From Tricharina praecox (taxonomy: Eukaryota), in assembly GCF_024521635.1 (NCBI RefSeq), contig NW_026250435.1, forward strand, positions 1 to 64,000: a DNA stretch of 64,000 nt. Reading direction: 5' to 3'. Below, piece after piece: positions 12,056 to 24,299 of the stretch. The notes beneath the pieces were generated by a model. The model ran no database searches. It saw only the letters and a program-made list of their open reading frames with translations, and was not told the origin of the DNA. Both the position numbers and the translations under genes were made by a program. Positions within the stretch are counted from its first letter, which is position 1. The number at the start of each line of letters is the position of its first letter.

Positions 12056-12399
12056 CTTGTAAGTTGTCCATTCATCGGTTGGCGGTAGGTAGGCGATATG
12101 TATGTAGGTACAGCGGTAGGCCCACACGGTCCCGCCCGCCGCCAGTGCGACTCGCGTAGGTATGTAAAAAACATCTCACACCTATGGACGGACGAGTGTT
12201 GACGGTGGATGTGATGGGCTTGTGGCAGGTGTCACTGCTATGTACTGCTCGCGTGGGAAGGAAGGTAACTATTGCCGAGGAGCGGCCGGCCCGCCAGTCA
12301 CCATCGAAGGGGAAGCGAAGTCTGAAGGCGGCTGACTGGCTCGTTGGGGACTGCCGAGTCCCCAAGTATGTATGTAGGTACATACATAGGTACAAGTCG

Positions 12400-13730
12400 A
12401 GATCTTCGTAGAGGCCGCGTGTCGTTTCTCAAAGTCGTCGTCAGCTTGTGCTGCGGACAAGGGTTGGCGACCTGCGGGATTACATACGGCCTTCACCGTT
12501 TACTGTCATCGTCACATCGGAATGCCGTGTATATAGTAAACCACCGTTTCCTCTTCTTCTTCTCTCTTTCTCGAAGCTCGTCGGAGGGAGAGCGGGGAGG
12601 GGAGAGCGGGGTATGCTATACATACGGGGTCACGGCGCGTTTCAGATTTCTCTGCAGTTCCAACATCTCGCCAATCAACACCGAGATAACCAACAACGCA
12701 ACACGCAATCCTAGATGATCGTGACGACAACGATGGGGGCTCAGGAGTTAGTGACGGGAGGAGAGGAGAGGGGAGGGGAATTACTTCTAGGCAGGCCATA
12801 GCTGCCGATAACTAGTCATTGAACGGATCTCGATTGTTGCTCGTTTCATCACTGCGATAGCTATCGTCGCGACGTCTGCTGAGTGTATCTGGTGGAGGGG
12901 AAGAGGACGAAGAAGAGGAGGAAGAGGAAGAGAGTCCGGCATGGAGGCACGACCATACGAGAGCAACAATAGCGAGTTGACAAAACAGTATTTTGAGTTC
13001 GCGACGTCGCCTTGCAATCAATCGTACATCGCGGTTGGGGCCTAGGGAATTGCCTTTCGATCTGCACGTTTTCGACTTCGATACAACCGACTTCAGCGGA
13101 ACGATTGCCTTCGAGAACCGTACGCACGAGCGGGATGATTTCCTTTCTTTCGATTCAATCAGCACCGGTTATGACAACGACGACAACAGCCTTCGATCAG
13201 GTCAATTCAGATGTAACTTGGGGTTGGGGAGGGGGAGGGGAGGAGAGGAGGAACAATAGGTAGTCTCCGGCGAGGCCGGAGGGGGAGGAAGAGTGAGCGA
13301 GTTATGGTGAAGGGGGCTGGGCTGGGTCTTAGAATCTAAGTTCCTCGAAGACTCACCATCTCTCCCAACGCCGACGCCGACGATTGACCTTCTTTTTACA
13401 GGATGGGATGGGGGGCCTGAGGGAGGATTCATAAATTTGCGTGAGAAGCACACCATAGGGTATCCTTTCACTTCGGGGAGCTCAGGCTCAGGCTCGCACT
13501 CGCTTTTCTCGGGTGATTGAGGGGGGAGGGAGAGGGGAGAGGTGGGTAGTGGGAGTCCGGATCCAACCACCGTTGGCAACGATGATGCCATCGTCGCTTT
13601 TCTTTTGGCCTTTGCTTCCCTGTTGGCTTCTGCTTTTCTTTTGGCCTCTGGTTTTCTTCAACGGCGAAGCCTTCGTTCAGCCCCTGATCCAGAATAACAA
13701 ACTCGAGATGTGGGATCCGACGTTGATATC
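12400..13730 (-). pseudogene. Stop-interrupted reading frame, Ser/Pro/Lys-rich, unknown family
   Basis: ORFs 13202-13591, 12812-13165, 12512-12799 and 12269-12496 share one frame and are separated by scattered TGA/TAA/TAG codons. The upstream in-frame stretch reads RKPEAKRKAEANREAKAKRK. Confidence 0.45.
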
Positions 13731-16700
13731 AGTTCAGCTCGCCAGCCACCTTTCCCCCCCACTACCCGTATAGGTCGAGTGCTTTAGTCTGCAATCACAT
13801 CCTGCTGTCGTGTTCTCGCCCCTCCCCCTCTCGTACGGCGCGCATGAGGCGAGTACCGGTACATACATATCTATGTACATGATGATCATGTCTTTCCCTC
13901 TGAGTTCTGAGCTGGCGTGTCTTTCAGAATTCTCTCGTCAGTCGTGAGTCGTCACGATAGCGGAAATTTGATGATGCTATTCTGGTACACATCACGGACA
14001 TTGCATTGTTGCAACCGTGTTGGAGCTTTGGTGGCGCCCGTGAGCAGTTCCGGTTGGCGGATATATACGCAAGGCGGAATTGCACCTGCCACAATGGACT
14101 CTGGAGAAGGTACTCACATACATACCCAGCACTTCCGGATTCCGCTTTGGGACGCAACATGAACTCCCCGAGGTTTCCACCATCGTCGTGCACATCGATG
14201 CTGATACCGTATGCTATGATAGGCGTCACCGCGAGTGCATTTCCTCTTTTCTTTTCTGTGTTTTCTTTTTCTCTTCTCGTTTTTTTCTCTTCCTTTCCTT
14301 TCCATTCCCTGTACGTTCACACGGGAAGGAAGGAACTTGGAAGTGAATGACCGGCACACACACGCTGGAAAGGCTGGACGTTGCACTGACTCGCACCCGT
14401 CGCACGCACGCACACATAAGGGTGAGGCCAATAGGTGCCTGGCGAGATGATCACGACATCTTTGCAGGAGACTCAGATGGTTATTATCTTCCCTCCAGCT
14501 CCCGGCACATCCGGGCCGCGCATATGTAGAGTATCTTTGGCCTGCGTTCTCGACCCAAAGCCAACCACCTCAGCGAGTCGGACTTCAGTCAAAGTGTCTC
14601 TCGCCGTGGGAGCGAGCGATGGTCGCACGGCACGACTGTCGGTGCCGTGCCTTCCTTCGCTTGGGTTTGATCGGTTACGGCACACAGTCTGGTACTCTGG
14701 CTCGGCCCAACGTAACGTAACATAACGTGACCTTCTGCGGTCTCGGATATGTATCATATCATACAACGCATCGTGCTGGAGAGACCTCTGCAGTATGTAG
14801 GTAGGCTGATGGTATGGGTACTAGTACCTTGCAGCTCTAGTTTGCTGCCGAGTTTTCCGGGTGAGAAATCGGCGAGTTGTCGAGTCGGTTGGTGTCTTTC
14901 CATGGTTCAGTCTTGCATGTGTGTGTAAACTCGAAGGGGAATAAGGAATCAGCGTGCGAATGCCCGAAGCAGAATAACAGGCTCGGAGCGAATTGAGTTG
15001 ATTTTCAGGATCTGGAAAGGCTTCCACGGTTCGCACTTCGCGTTCGCTCCCGTACTGGTTCTCTCGAAGTGGTGGGTGTGTGGGTGGATCATGGTGGTGG
15101 TGGTGGTTGTGTGTGTGTGGTTCGGTGGTGCGAGATCCGATGGCGCGGGATTCGGTGGTGCCCATGTGTGCGACCACGGCCATGGACTCAAGAATACTAT
15201 GGTGCTACGGTGCAACCATTGCAGCGTCGGTATTTAGAGTTGGTTGGACACGACCAGCTCAGGTGCAAGTTCCAATACGAACGCGAGAGAGACCTGAGCT
15301 GGACCAGGAACAGCTGCACGCCGCACTAGTTACCCGCCCACTACTAAAGTACCCGCAGCAGCCCTGCCCAACCAATTGCACAGCCCCAGCTTCCCCCCAC
15401 ATCCACTAGAGTACCTACTCTACACACCACGATGTCCTCTCCCCCGCAGCGTGCAGACATGAACCAACGACTGAAGAGTAAGTGGTTGCTACTAGTAGTA
15501 CGTTCAGCACGCAGTTTCTCCCCAGGCACCCAGCACCTTCTGACTGCTCTAGGTACCGTACTAGCATTGCACGAGCGGATCCGAGCGGATCCGCATGCGG
15601 ACGGAGCGAGCGTGACGATGCCGGCACCACCACATGTCCACAGCTCGAGAACCGATGCCACGACACATCACCACTCACCAGAGTACAACTTGTCGTTGTT
15701 GTTGCCTGAGCTCGGCTTGGCCCGAGAATGCCCGGAGGTCTGGCTCTGGTTGTCCGTTGCGATTGGTTGCGTGTGTGACGTATTGGCCGTATTGGTCGAG
15801 ACTTCAAAGCATTCCCGCCGAGAAAGCTCACCAACCAGACGTAGACCCCACTCGAATTTCCCGGGGACGAATGAAAGAGTCGAGTGGTCCCGAAGGGGGA
15901 GGTGGGGAGCTCTCTGGAGGGTCTCTGGAGTGCTCTGGCGGGAGTAGGTATCGAGTACCTACTAGTACTCTACTCTACATACCGATCCCACCCGTGCGGA
16001 ATCGGCATTGACACCGGAAATCCTATGGCTAGTTCTTTCTCTGTGGGCAGCGGGGGGGGCCTTGGGCTGGGCAGTGGGCGCGAGTGGCTCGCGAGAGCGA
16101 GAGAGCGAGAGGTACATACTACTACTATACGGATACCCCCAGCAGTAGTTAGAGTGGCCTTAAGGCTTAGGCCTGCTACGAGTGGATATTTCGCTTAGCA
16201 TAGCATCTAGCAGAGTGACTGGTTGGTTGAAGCCTGGAGGCCTAGTCATCTACTGGGTAGTATAAACCTAGTACCCAGGTATGTAGGTACCGCAGTAAGA
16301 TACCGTATCGCAGGCCAGGAACCGGGATGCGGATGGAGAAGGCTGACGGCGACTGACTGACGGACTGACTGTTCCCCAGCCACAACGAGAAGGCACTGTT
16401 CCTGATACCTCGCTTCCCAGATTCAAATAAACCACTCTATTACAGAGCAAGCTGGGGGCGTGGATTTGCCGCCGCAAGCCGAACTGGATAGTAGGTACCT
16501 ACTGCACCGTACATAGGTACATATTACTACATTCCACCTGAAGATTACGAGAGACCTTATTCTAATAGTATCCTAGTGGGTACTATAGAGAAGCGAGTGT
16601 GAATTGAAAAGGGGTTCCAGAACAGTGGATGGGGGGTGTTTGTTCTCCACCTGCTATGATGGTCATTCGAGTGCTGCTTTTTCCGTCCGATGGCATCATC

Positions 16701-17751
16701 TAGGTACAGTCGGTGGGTAAGTAATCGAGAAACGTGAAAATAAGTGACCAAGTACCTAACTAATGGCAGATAGGTATAGTCGAGTGCGGTAAGTAGCCGG
16801 ATAACCAGCCTCGAGGATTCTCTCGGTTTGCTTTGCTTTGCTTTTGCTTTTGCTTTTCTTCTTTTCTTCTACGGTTACTATTTATGCCAGGAGCACTATC
16901 AGAGTCAACCGTGTTCGCCAAGTGCACTGCGCACGGCATGGCCGGCCAATACCAAATGTGTTGAAATTGCGCGGGAGAAAAAAGCACAAGCGTTGATCGA
17001 CACGCGCTGGGTGGGTGGGTGGGTGGGTGGGTGATCGACCAGCCCAGCTACGGCCGTGCCACCACACATCCCCCCACCACCAGTGACTACCAAGCGTCTG
17101 GCCGGCCACTCTGCCGGATGGCTGAGAATCATGATTCATGAACCGTCAACAACAACAAAGGCTGTGCTTCTGCTTCTACATAACGCACGAACGAACGAGA
17201 CCTGTGATGGACGTTTCTGTTGTCACCTTTGATCGCAGTACTGATGAGTCGTTAGCTTCCGGTAGCGGGAGGGGGGCATTGATTCTACCAATCGCGGCGT
17301 GGGCAGGCAGGCATCGGGGAACGATTTAGGGCTCCCAGCAGCCGAGACACAATCAATAATCAGCTTTCCCGTGTCTTGGTTCTCAGGGGAGCAAACTGCA
17401 GAGATATGTGCATCTAATTCTGGCAATCATCATCAATCGACATGGGAGGGCGAAGAACATGCAGGCCACTTGGACTGCCTGGAGGCTAGGCAGGTGAGAA
17501 TCACTGCTGACGGACGAGGGGGGCGGCGAAGTGGAAGAATTCTTTCCTCCCGCAGACAGAATGATGCCGGCCGCTCATCTCAGTAACCACCCAGAGGTAG
17601 CCCCCACCTCCACTCAGCCCAGCCCAGTATCTCGGCATGTGGGTTAGCTGTGGCGGTGGGCTGGCAGTGGTGGTAGTGCAATTAGCTACTATCCACCGAC
17701 AGCTGGCGATAGCGGCGTGGATTGTATGTGCATCTAGAGAGTTGGATATCG

Positions 17752-17757
17752 TATAAA
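17752..17757 (+). promoter_or_regulatory. TATA box of the Tyr/Lys/Thr repeat gene
   Basis: TATAAA 160 bp upstream of the ATG, followed by a CT-rich tract and a CAATCATG start context. Confidence 0.6.
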
Positions 17758-17911
17758 GACAGACCTCACTCCCCCCAACTCAATCTTCTTTCCTCACCCC
17801 GCTCACCATCGCTAATACATCCTCCTGCCTCCTCCTCTTACGACTTCATCTACTCTAATAAACTCTCCCGCCTAATACCAGCTCCCCCCCCAAACAACCA
17901 CCACCGCAATC

Positions 17912-18559
17912 ATGAAGTTCACTATCGCTTCCGTCGCTGCTATCTTCATCCTCCAGGCCGCTGCCACCGCGGTCCCCGCTGCCGATGCCGAGATCGTCCA
18001 GCGCGCTCCTGACGCCGAGGCCGCCGCCGACTACTACGAGCCCAAGTACAAGGTCAAGACCGTGACCGAGTACAAGTACAAGTACAAGACCGCCACTGTC
18101 ACCGACTACAAGTACAAGTACACCACCGTGTACAAGAAGTACCCTGTCACCGTCACAGACTACAAGTACAAGTACAAGTACACCACCGTGTACAAGAAGT
18201 ACCCCGTCACCGTCACCGACTACAAGTACAAGTACACCACCGTCTACAAGAAGTACCCCGTCACCGTCACCGAGTACAAGCCCAAGTACAAGACCGTCAC
18301 CGAGTACAAGACCAAGGACTCTTACCCCGTCACCGTCACCGTCACCAAGACCAAGGACGCCTACCCCGTCACAGTCACCGTCACCAAGACCAAGGACGCC
18401 TACCCCGTCACCGTCACCGTCACCAAGACCAAGGACGCCTACCCCGTCACCGTCACCGTCACCAAGACCAAGGACTCCTACCCCGTCACCGTCACCAAGA
18501 CCAAGACCGAGACCGACTACAAGACCGTCACCGTCACCGCCGAGAACAAGCACTACTAA
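17912..18559 (+). CDS. Secreted Tyr/Lys/Thr/Val tandem-repeat protein, 215 aa
   Basis: Signal peptide [20 protein letters not shown] and an acidic pro-like segment, then DYKYKY(KY)[12 protein letters not shown] x3 and D(A/S)[11 protein letters not shown] x4 plus a partial copy. Codons are almost exclusively C/G-ending. Confidence 0.93.
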   Translation: MKFTIASVAAIFILQAAATAVPAADAEIVQRAPDAEAAADYYEPKYKVKTVTEYKYKYKTATVTDYKYKYTTVYKKYPVTVTDYKYKYKYTTVYKKYPVTVTDYKYKYTTVYKKYPVTVTEYKPKYKTVTEYKTKDSYPVTVTVTKTKDAYPVTVTVTKTKDAYPVTVTVTKTKDAYPVTVTVTKTKDSYPVTVTKTKTETDYKTVTVTAENKHY

Positions 18560-21500
18560 GTGCATGTATCTCGCCCTCTTCCGGCGAGATCCGAGCCCAT
18601 TCCTTCCCTTCGTTCTTGGTGGGAGTGAAATCCTGAGGGTAGCCGTCTGCATATGCATCATCATTCGGCCTTCTTTTAGTGTTTCCTCTCCCATCTCGAG
18701 TCAAGTTTCACTCGGAGGGTTTTTTTCCCCCCTAGGACATTTGGGTTTCTGGTTTTTCTTTCGGGGGGCACGGATAATTTCGCGAGTTTCCTTTTTTACG
18801 ACGACGTTTTTCCTTTTCTAGTCTTAATGTCTGGTTCGTTTTTACGTGTTCGTGGGGTGCAGGGAGTAGTGAGGGGAGGAGAGGGGTATCTCTATGGTCA
18901 TGAGGCAGGCAGGATTTTTCTTTGGTTTCGGGTACTTTCTGGTTGGGCGCGCGCTCTGGTGAAAGCTGCAGCTGCTGCACACAGGCGGAGGATACGAACG
19001 GAAGGGGGGAAAACTGGAAAATCTGCGATAATTTTAATACATTGGGGCCTTTCTACAAACTTCTGATTCCCGTGACACATTGCTTGTGACAAACCATACC
19101 ATTACTTATTTAGTATTTGCCTGGCTGAACAGGACTGCTTTCACTCTTTCTTATTTCTTTTCTTCATGGTTCGGAAATAGGTATGATACATATTCCACAT
19201 AGGTTCCGCCACTGTCAACTGTCCAGAAGCCCCGAGGAGGAAGAAGAAGAGGAAAATTATCGCAGCAGCTAGCTGTCAGCTATTATTGTCCTGGCCGGGT
19301 GGTGTTTTCTCATTCACTTCACTTCACTTCCCATGATATGACACGTTCGTGTTCATGTTTGCTCATTACGAGGCTGAGCTGCAATCCCTATGCCCTACTC
19401 TATCCATCCCCCAGCCGTGTCCCCGTGTCCCCGTGCAAACCATACTCGCGGTATATACATACGTATGACAGTATGACAGACTGACTGTATGACAGATAGA
19501 ATGTATCTAGATAGTTTGATAGGTAGTAAGTATAGCCGCACACATGTCGAAATTCAAAAACCAAATCACGTCGTCGAGCCAACCAATCATCTCGTCCGCA
19601 CGCTGTAGATATGTCGTGCAAAACATCCCAGCCCAGCCCAGCCCAGCCCACTGAACCCAGCTTAGCCACCCGGCAGCGCGCCGTCCGGGGTCGTGGGGTG
19701 GAAGAGCTGACACACACCCTCACACACACTCGCATCAATAGTAATTCCTCGCACCAATAAGAACCTCGCGCACGACAGACAGGAAAACAAACCTGCACGC
19801 CCCATCCCTCACCCCTCACTAACCACACACCACCAACCACGCACCACGCACCCGGGTCCCGCCTGCACCGCACCGCGCTGCAGATTCCTGGAGAGAAACT
19901 CAGGAACGCGCAGGAACGAGCGGCGAGCCTGGGTGTCATACATACATACATACCGTACATGGTCTCGCTTTATTTCGCCCAAACCGTTCGAACTTCGGGT
20001 GACATCTGCACTGCTGTGCCGGAATACGGTATGGGACAAACCCCCCGTCGGCAAGGCAAGACAAGGCAAGCTGGCAACCGAAAAAATCCTGCAGACACTG
20101 GGCTCTGGACACTGGAGAAAGAAATTTTGCGAAGTTTGCGCACATCTACCCCTCACCCACGGACCCCGCTCGGCGCTTTTCCTCCTCCTGCGGCGGCGCC
20201 CTCCCAGTTCATCCGAACAAGCCGAGGAAGCGCACTTCTACTATTATCTATCTACGGAGCGGTGACGCGGTGGCGTCCTGGTTCATCCTTCCGAGTACGG
20301 GTACATGTGTACATACTATACTTCGGGCGGCGGACGTTCGGTTCGGGTGGAATCTGCACTTTATGTAGAGACTAGAGGATACGAGGCTGGCTGGCTGCCA
20401 ACAAGCGGGCTGCGCCGTGTGGGCGTTCCGATGAAGGCCGGGGGCGCGTGATCGTGGATACTGGGTAGGGGTTCTACTATCTACCGTATTCTAGAGATGT
20501 GCTTATGTAGAGTAGTGGGGGCGGTTGATTGATCTTTGGGGGCGTTCTATTTCCGGTACATAGATGATGCCATGATGGACCATGGTCGTTGGTGGCTGCG
20601 GCGCGGACAATAGTTGCAACTTGCGCGCGTTTTGGGAAGTTGGCTGCTGGCTGCTGGATTGATAGATAACCACTCACATACACACGGGAAAGTGTAGGTA
20701 CCGGATGTGCTCTACTTCCGTCGACTTCAATACTTCACGATCCCGCACTTCACGGTCTCCACAATTTGCCCCTTGTACCGTACCATCGAGCCACCATCGC
20801 TTCCACCATTTCCAAGTTCCACCACTTCCACCACTTCCACCACTTCAATCACTTCCACCACTGCGAATGCGAACGATACCTACTGCCTAGCACCGGCATC
20901 GCGCGGGACAGATCGTCTTCCGGGACGATGATCGGAGCTGGATCGGGTCCGCAAATTGAATAGCGGGGACGGATGGAGCGGCTTGGCCTCTGTCGAGAGT
21001 CGACAGTCGAAAGCCACCGGTGATCGGTCCTCCGCACTGTGATACCTATGGTTTGGTAGGGTGCAATGAGCAGGCGGATTGGTGGCCGGATTCAATAATC
21101 TGTCACCACGTCGATGTGATCATGGGAAAAAGGTTTCCGTCACTGCCGACAGATGGGCACCTGTATCTATAGGACTCTCGATTTATTTGTTTCTAGCTAT
21201 GTAGCTACCGTACGCCGTCGTCGGAATAATACCTGGGTAGGTATGCAGTCATGATCGGACAGGACAGGACCTGTGTGCCCCGAACTTGTCCAACCGCGGA
21301 GGGCGGGGAGGGGGATTGGTTTCCATATTATCTATGTAAGATTTTGGAAAATTCCCCGCAGTTCGAATTGGGGATTCTGGGGATATACAATAGGCAGCCG
21401 CCTGGATTCAAGGAATCTCCCTGCACTGGCCCCTCCTCTCCACTCCTCCGTCGAATACCGCCTCTGCCGCACTATCCGTTGGCTGACACTATCCCCCAAA

Positions 21501-24299
21501 TTTTGAATCTGGGCTGTAGCCTGTACATAGAGTAGTGCTTGCTTCCTTTCTTCCTTCGCGTGCTGCCTGGAGCCTGGCGAAGGAGCTGGCTGGGTATTCT
21601 GTGTCCATATGTACGTAAGACGCCGACGCTGCGATGTGTGAGTGTCAGGCTTTCGTCGCTGCGATATGTGAGTGTCAGGCCGACTCTCGACAAGTTGTCT
21701 CGTTGATCGACACACCCCTCCTCCTCCTCCTCCTCCGGATCTGGCCTCCACGGATTCCACGCCAAGTGATCGGGGGATCATGGATCTTCCACGATGGTCG
21801 CGAACTGGCGACAAGCGCGGATGATGATGAGGGTCTTTCGCGAAAACGAGGTCGTGTCGAGTTGTCGGGTACCGTATGTAACTAGAGTAGGTGCCTTGCA
21901 AGCAGAAGTTACTAGTATCGTTCCTGTGGAAGTCTACATACATAGCTGGCATACGGATGCGCTTGTAACCGAGTACGACACGCAGTGTTTAGTGTATGTA
22001 CTCGATGGGGCATGGTTCGATCAACTGCATGCGCAGCAGCGCAGGATTCAGCCTTAAGTGCCAACTACCCACGACCGGGAGGTAGCTCGAGTAGGTAAGT
22101 GGCGTATTTGGTGATGGTGGGGGGATGGTGACTTGGCCTCGCTCGCAGGGGCCGGAACCGGACGGATCCACGCAGCCGCAGCAACTAGTTGGCGATGTGT
22201 GCGCCGTGCGGACAGCGATTTGTGGGGATACTCGACTGTGGAGCGGCATGGATGCAGTTGGAGAGGTGGTATGCCTGTGGAATTGGCCTGCCTGTCGAAC
22301 CCGCTCAGACTTCAGGAGAGGAGTTTATGGATGATTCGTTAGCGTCTGAGCGGGTTCGACAGGTAGGCCAATTCCACAGGCTTGCCACCTCTCTGGTTAG
22401 TTGCGGTGCTTCGATTGCAGAGTGTCAGTATGCATACAGCCATTCTGGACGGTCTTGGGGGATGGCTCAGTAAATACCTCGCTGTGCAAGCCGGAGAACC
22501 TGGCTGGCTGGCTGCTGGACCATCTTCTCGTGTTTACCGGGAAATCGAATGAAGAAACAACGGTAACTACCGACGTCGCCAAAAATAGACGGTCGCGGGG
22601 CGTATGTGCTATGTAGGTCGTGCCGTCGTAGCGTACAGCTGCGCATTCAATTGGATGTGTGGGTCTGCGAGAGCGAAATGCCATTGACAGGATCGTGGGC
22701 TAGAGCACCTACTACTCAGGTATCATGCCGGACACGCCCCCCGTCCTCAACTGCAGATCGGATTCGAATGTCAAAGAACAAACAAATCAAGAGAAAGAAG
22801 GAAACAACCGTCGCGCGCTGCAGGTAAGATGGCTGATGGCTGCCGATACCTATTCGCCATGTACTGTAGAGCGCATATGGTGCACGGTTGCCCCCACTCG
22901 ATTGGCACGACAACTTCCCGAGAAAGACGTGATTGTATGTACGCCGCACAGCGGCGCACATGCTCTCACTCGAGCAGCCCGAATCGAAGTGCCGGAGGTA
23001 TGTATCGGTGACCGCTTCCATACTTTCAGCACGGCGATCGGATCCGCCTAGGCCAGTCACAAGCGTGAGTGGCGCATGCCCACACATAGCTGAGCACATG
23101 TAGCCGAGCCGAACGCCCCGTTTTGTTGTTGCTCAGTTGTAGCTGATACTTACATCATTAGCGTCATGCTGGCTAGCTGGCTGGCGACGAGTGCTTCGCT
23201 CGATGGCTGGCCGGATCAGGTAGGGACATGCATACATAACATAGGCACACCACATAGTTAATGCTCCACCCATCGACAGCGTTTGCGTATATCGCTCTCA
23301 TGTGTGTGGAGACGATAAGGTGATTTGTAACCGAGTGGACAGCGCAGGGGCTGCAGTCAGGTTGAATGGCCTTGGACGATAGGACCAATCGTGAAGCAGT
23401 TGGGCATGGGGTGATTGCAGCTGTGGCCGACACGCAGGTGGCGAGCTGAACGACGACAAGCAAGTCTGTCCGTCCTTCCGTCTGTATGGGGTCTGCCAGT
23501 CTTCCATTTTTGTTTCCCTCCCTCCCTCCGCTTGCATCCAACTGGGCTATCGATCGCAAGGGCCGGATACGTTGAACCTTCAGAGGCAGGCCCCGCTTTC
23601 TGTCACTGTTCCCGATCAATTCATCTTTCCCGGATCACCCTCGCTCGATAGTCGCTGTAGCAACAATCGCCCAAGTCAGAAGCACACCGTACTTCGTTGC
23701 TGGCAGAGAGGAAACGTCAACGAGATTTTCGTGCGCTATATCCGACGGAAATCCTACAGCCATACGTCTTTCGATCCACATTTCGTCTTGCGGCCTGGGA
23801 GAATGGTGTCGTAAACTCAGAAGCACGTATAGATCATGACCGAAGAGTCGGAGATCAGGGAGACCGAAAGTCTTCCGCTTTCGATGGGCAATCGCTCCAC
23901 TCCACAGATCTGCTCCGAGACAGCTCATTAAGCTCGTGGGGTGGGGAGGGGGGGGGGTGTCGAAGGACAGTATCACTCTAGCAGCGTAAGGTGGTCTAGA
24001 AAGACGCAATCCGGCTAGGACTAGTTTGTGCTCAATAGTAAATAAGTACGGCGAACGCCCGCCCGTCATGGTGTATCATTGATGAGCTGAAACGCGTCGT
24101 TGCCAAGGATTGCGCGACACGAGTTGTGCTTCGTGAATCGTCTGTGCACATGACACGCATGCACATGCTGAGTGCCGTGCAGTGACCTTTCGGGATATCG
24201 GCGCCGAACCGATTGTGGGTTCCGGGTAAAGTGCCGCTTCCTTTGCCTAGCGAATTAAAATCGTCCGGGTCCGGATGCTGCTCACCCACGGCGTCACTG

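Noticed and set aside
17855..18694. 279-aa minus-strand ORF with GDGDG/VLVLV repeats
   Set aside because: Antisense shadow of the strongly codon-biased plus-strand repeat gene.
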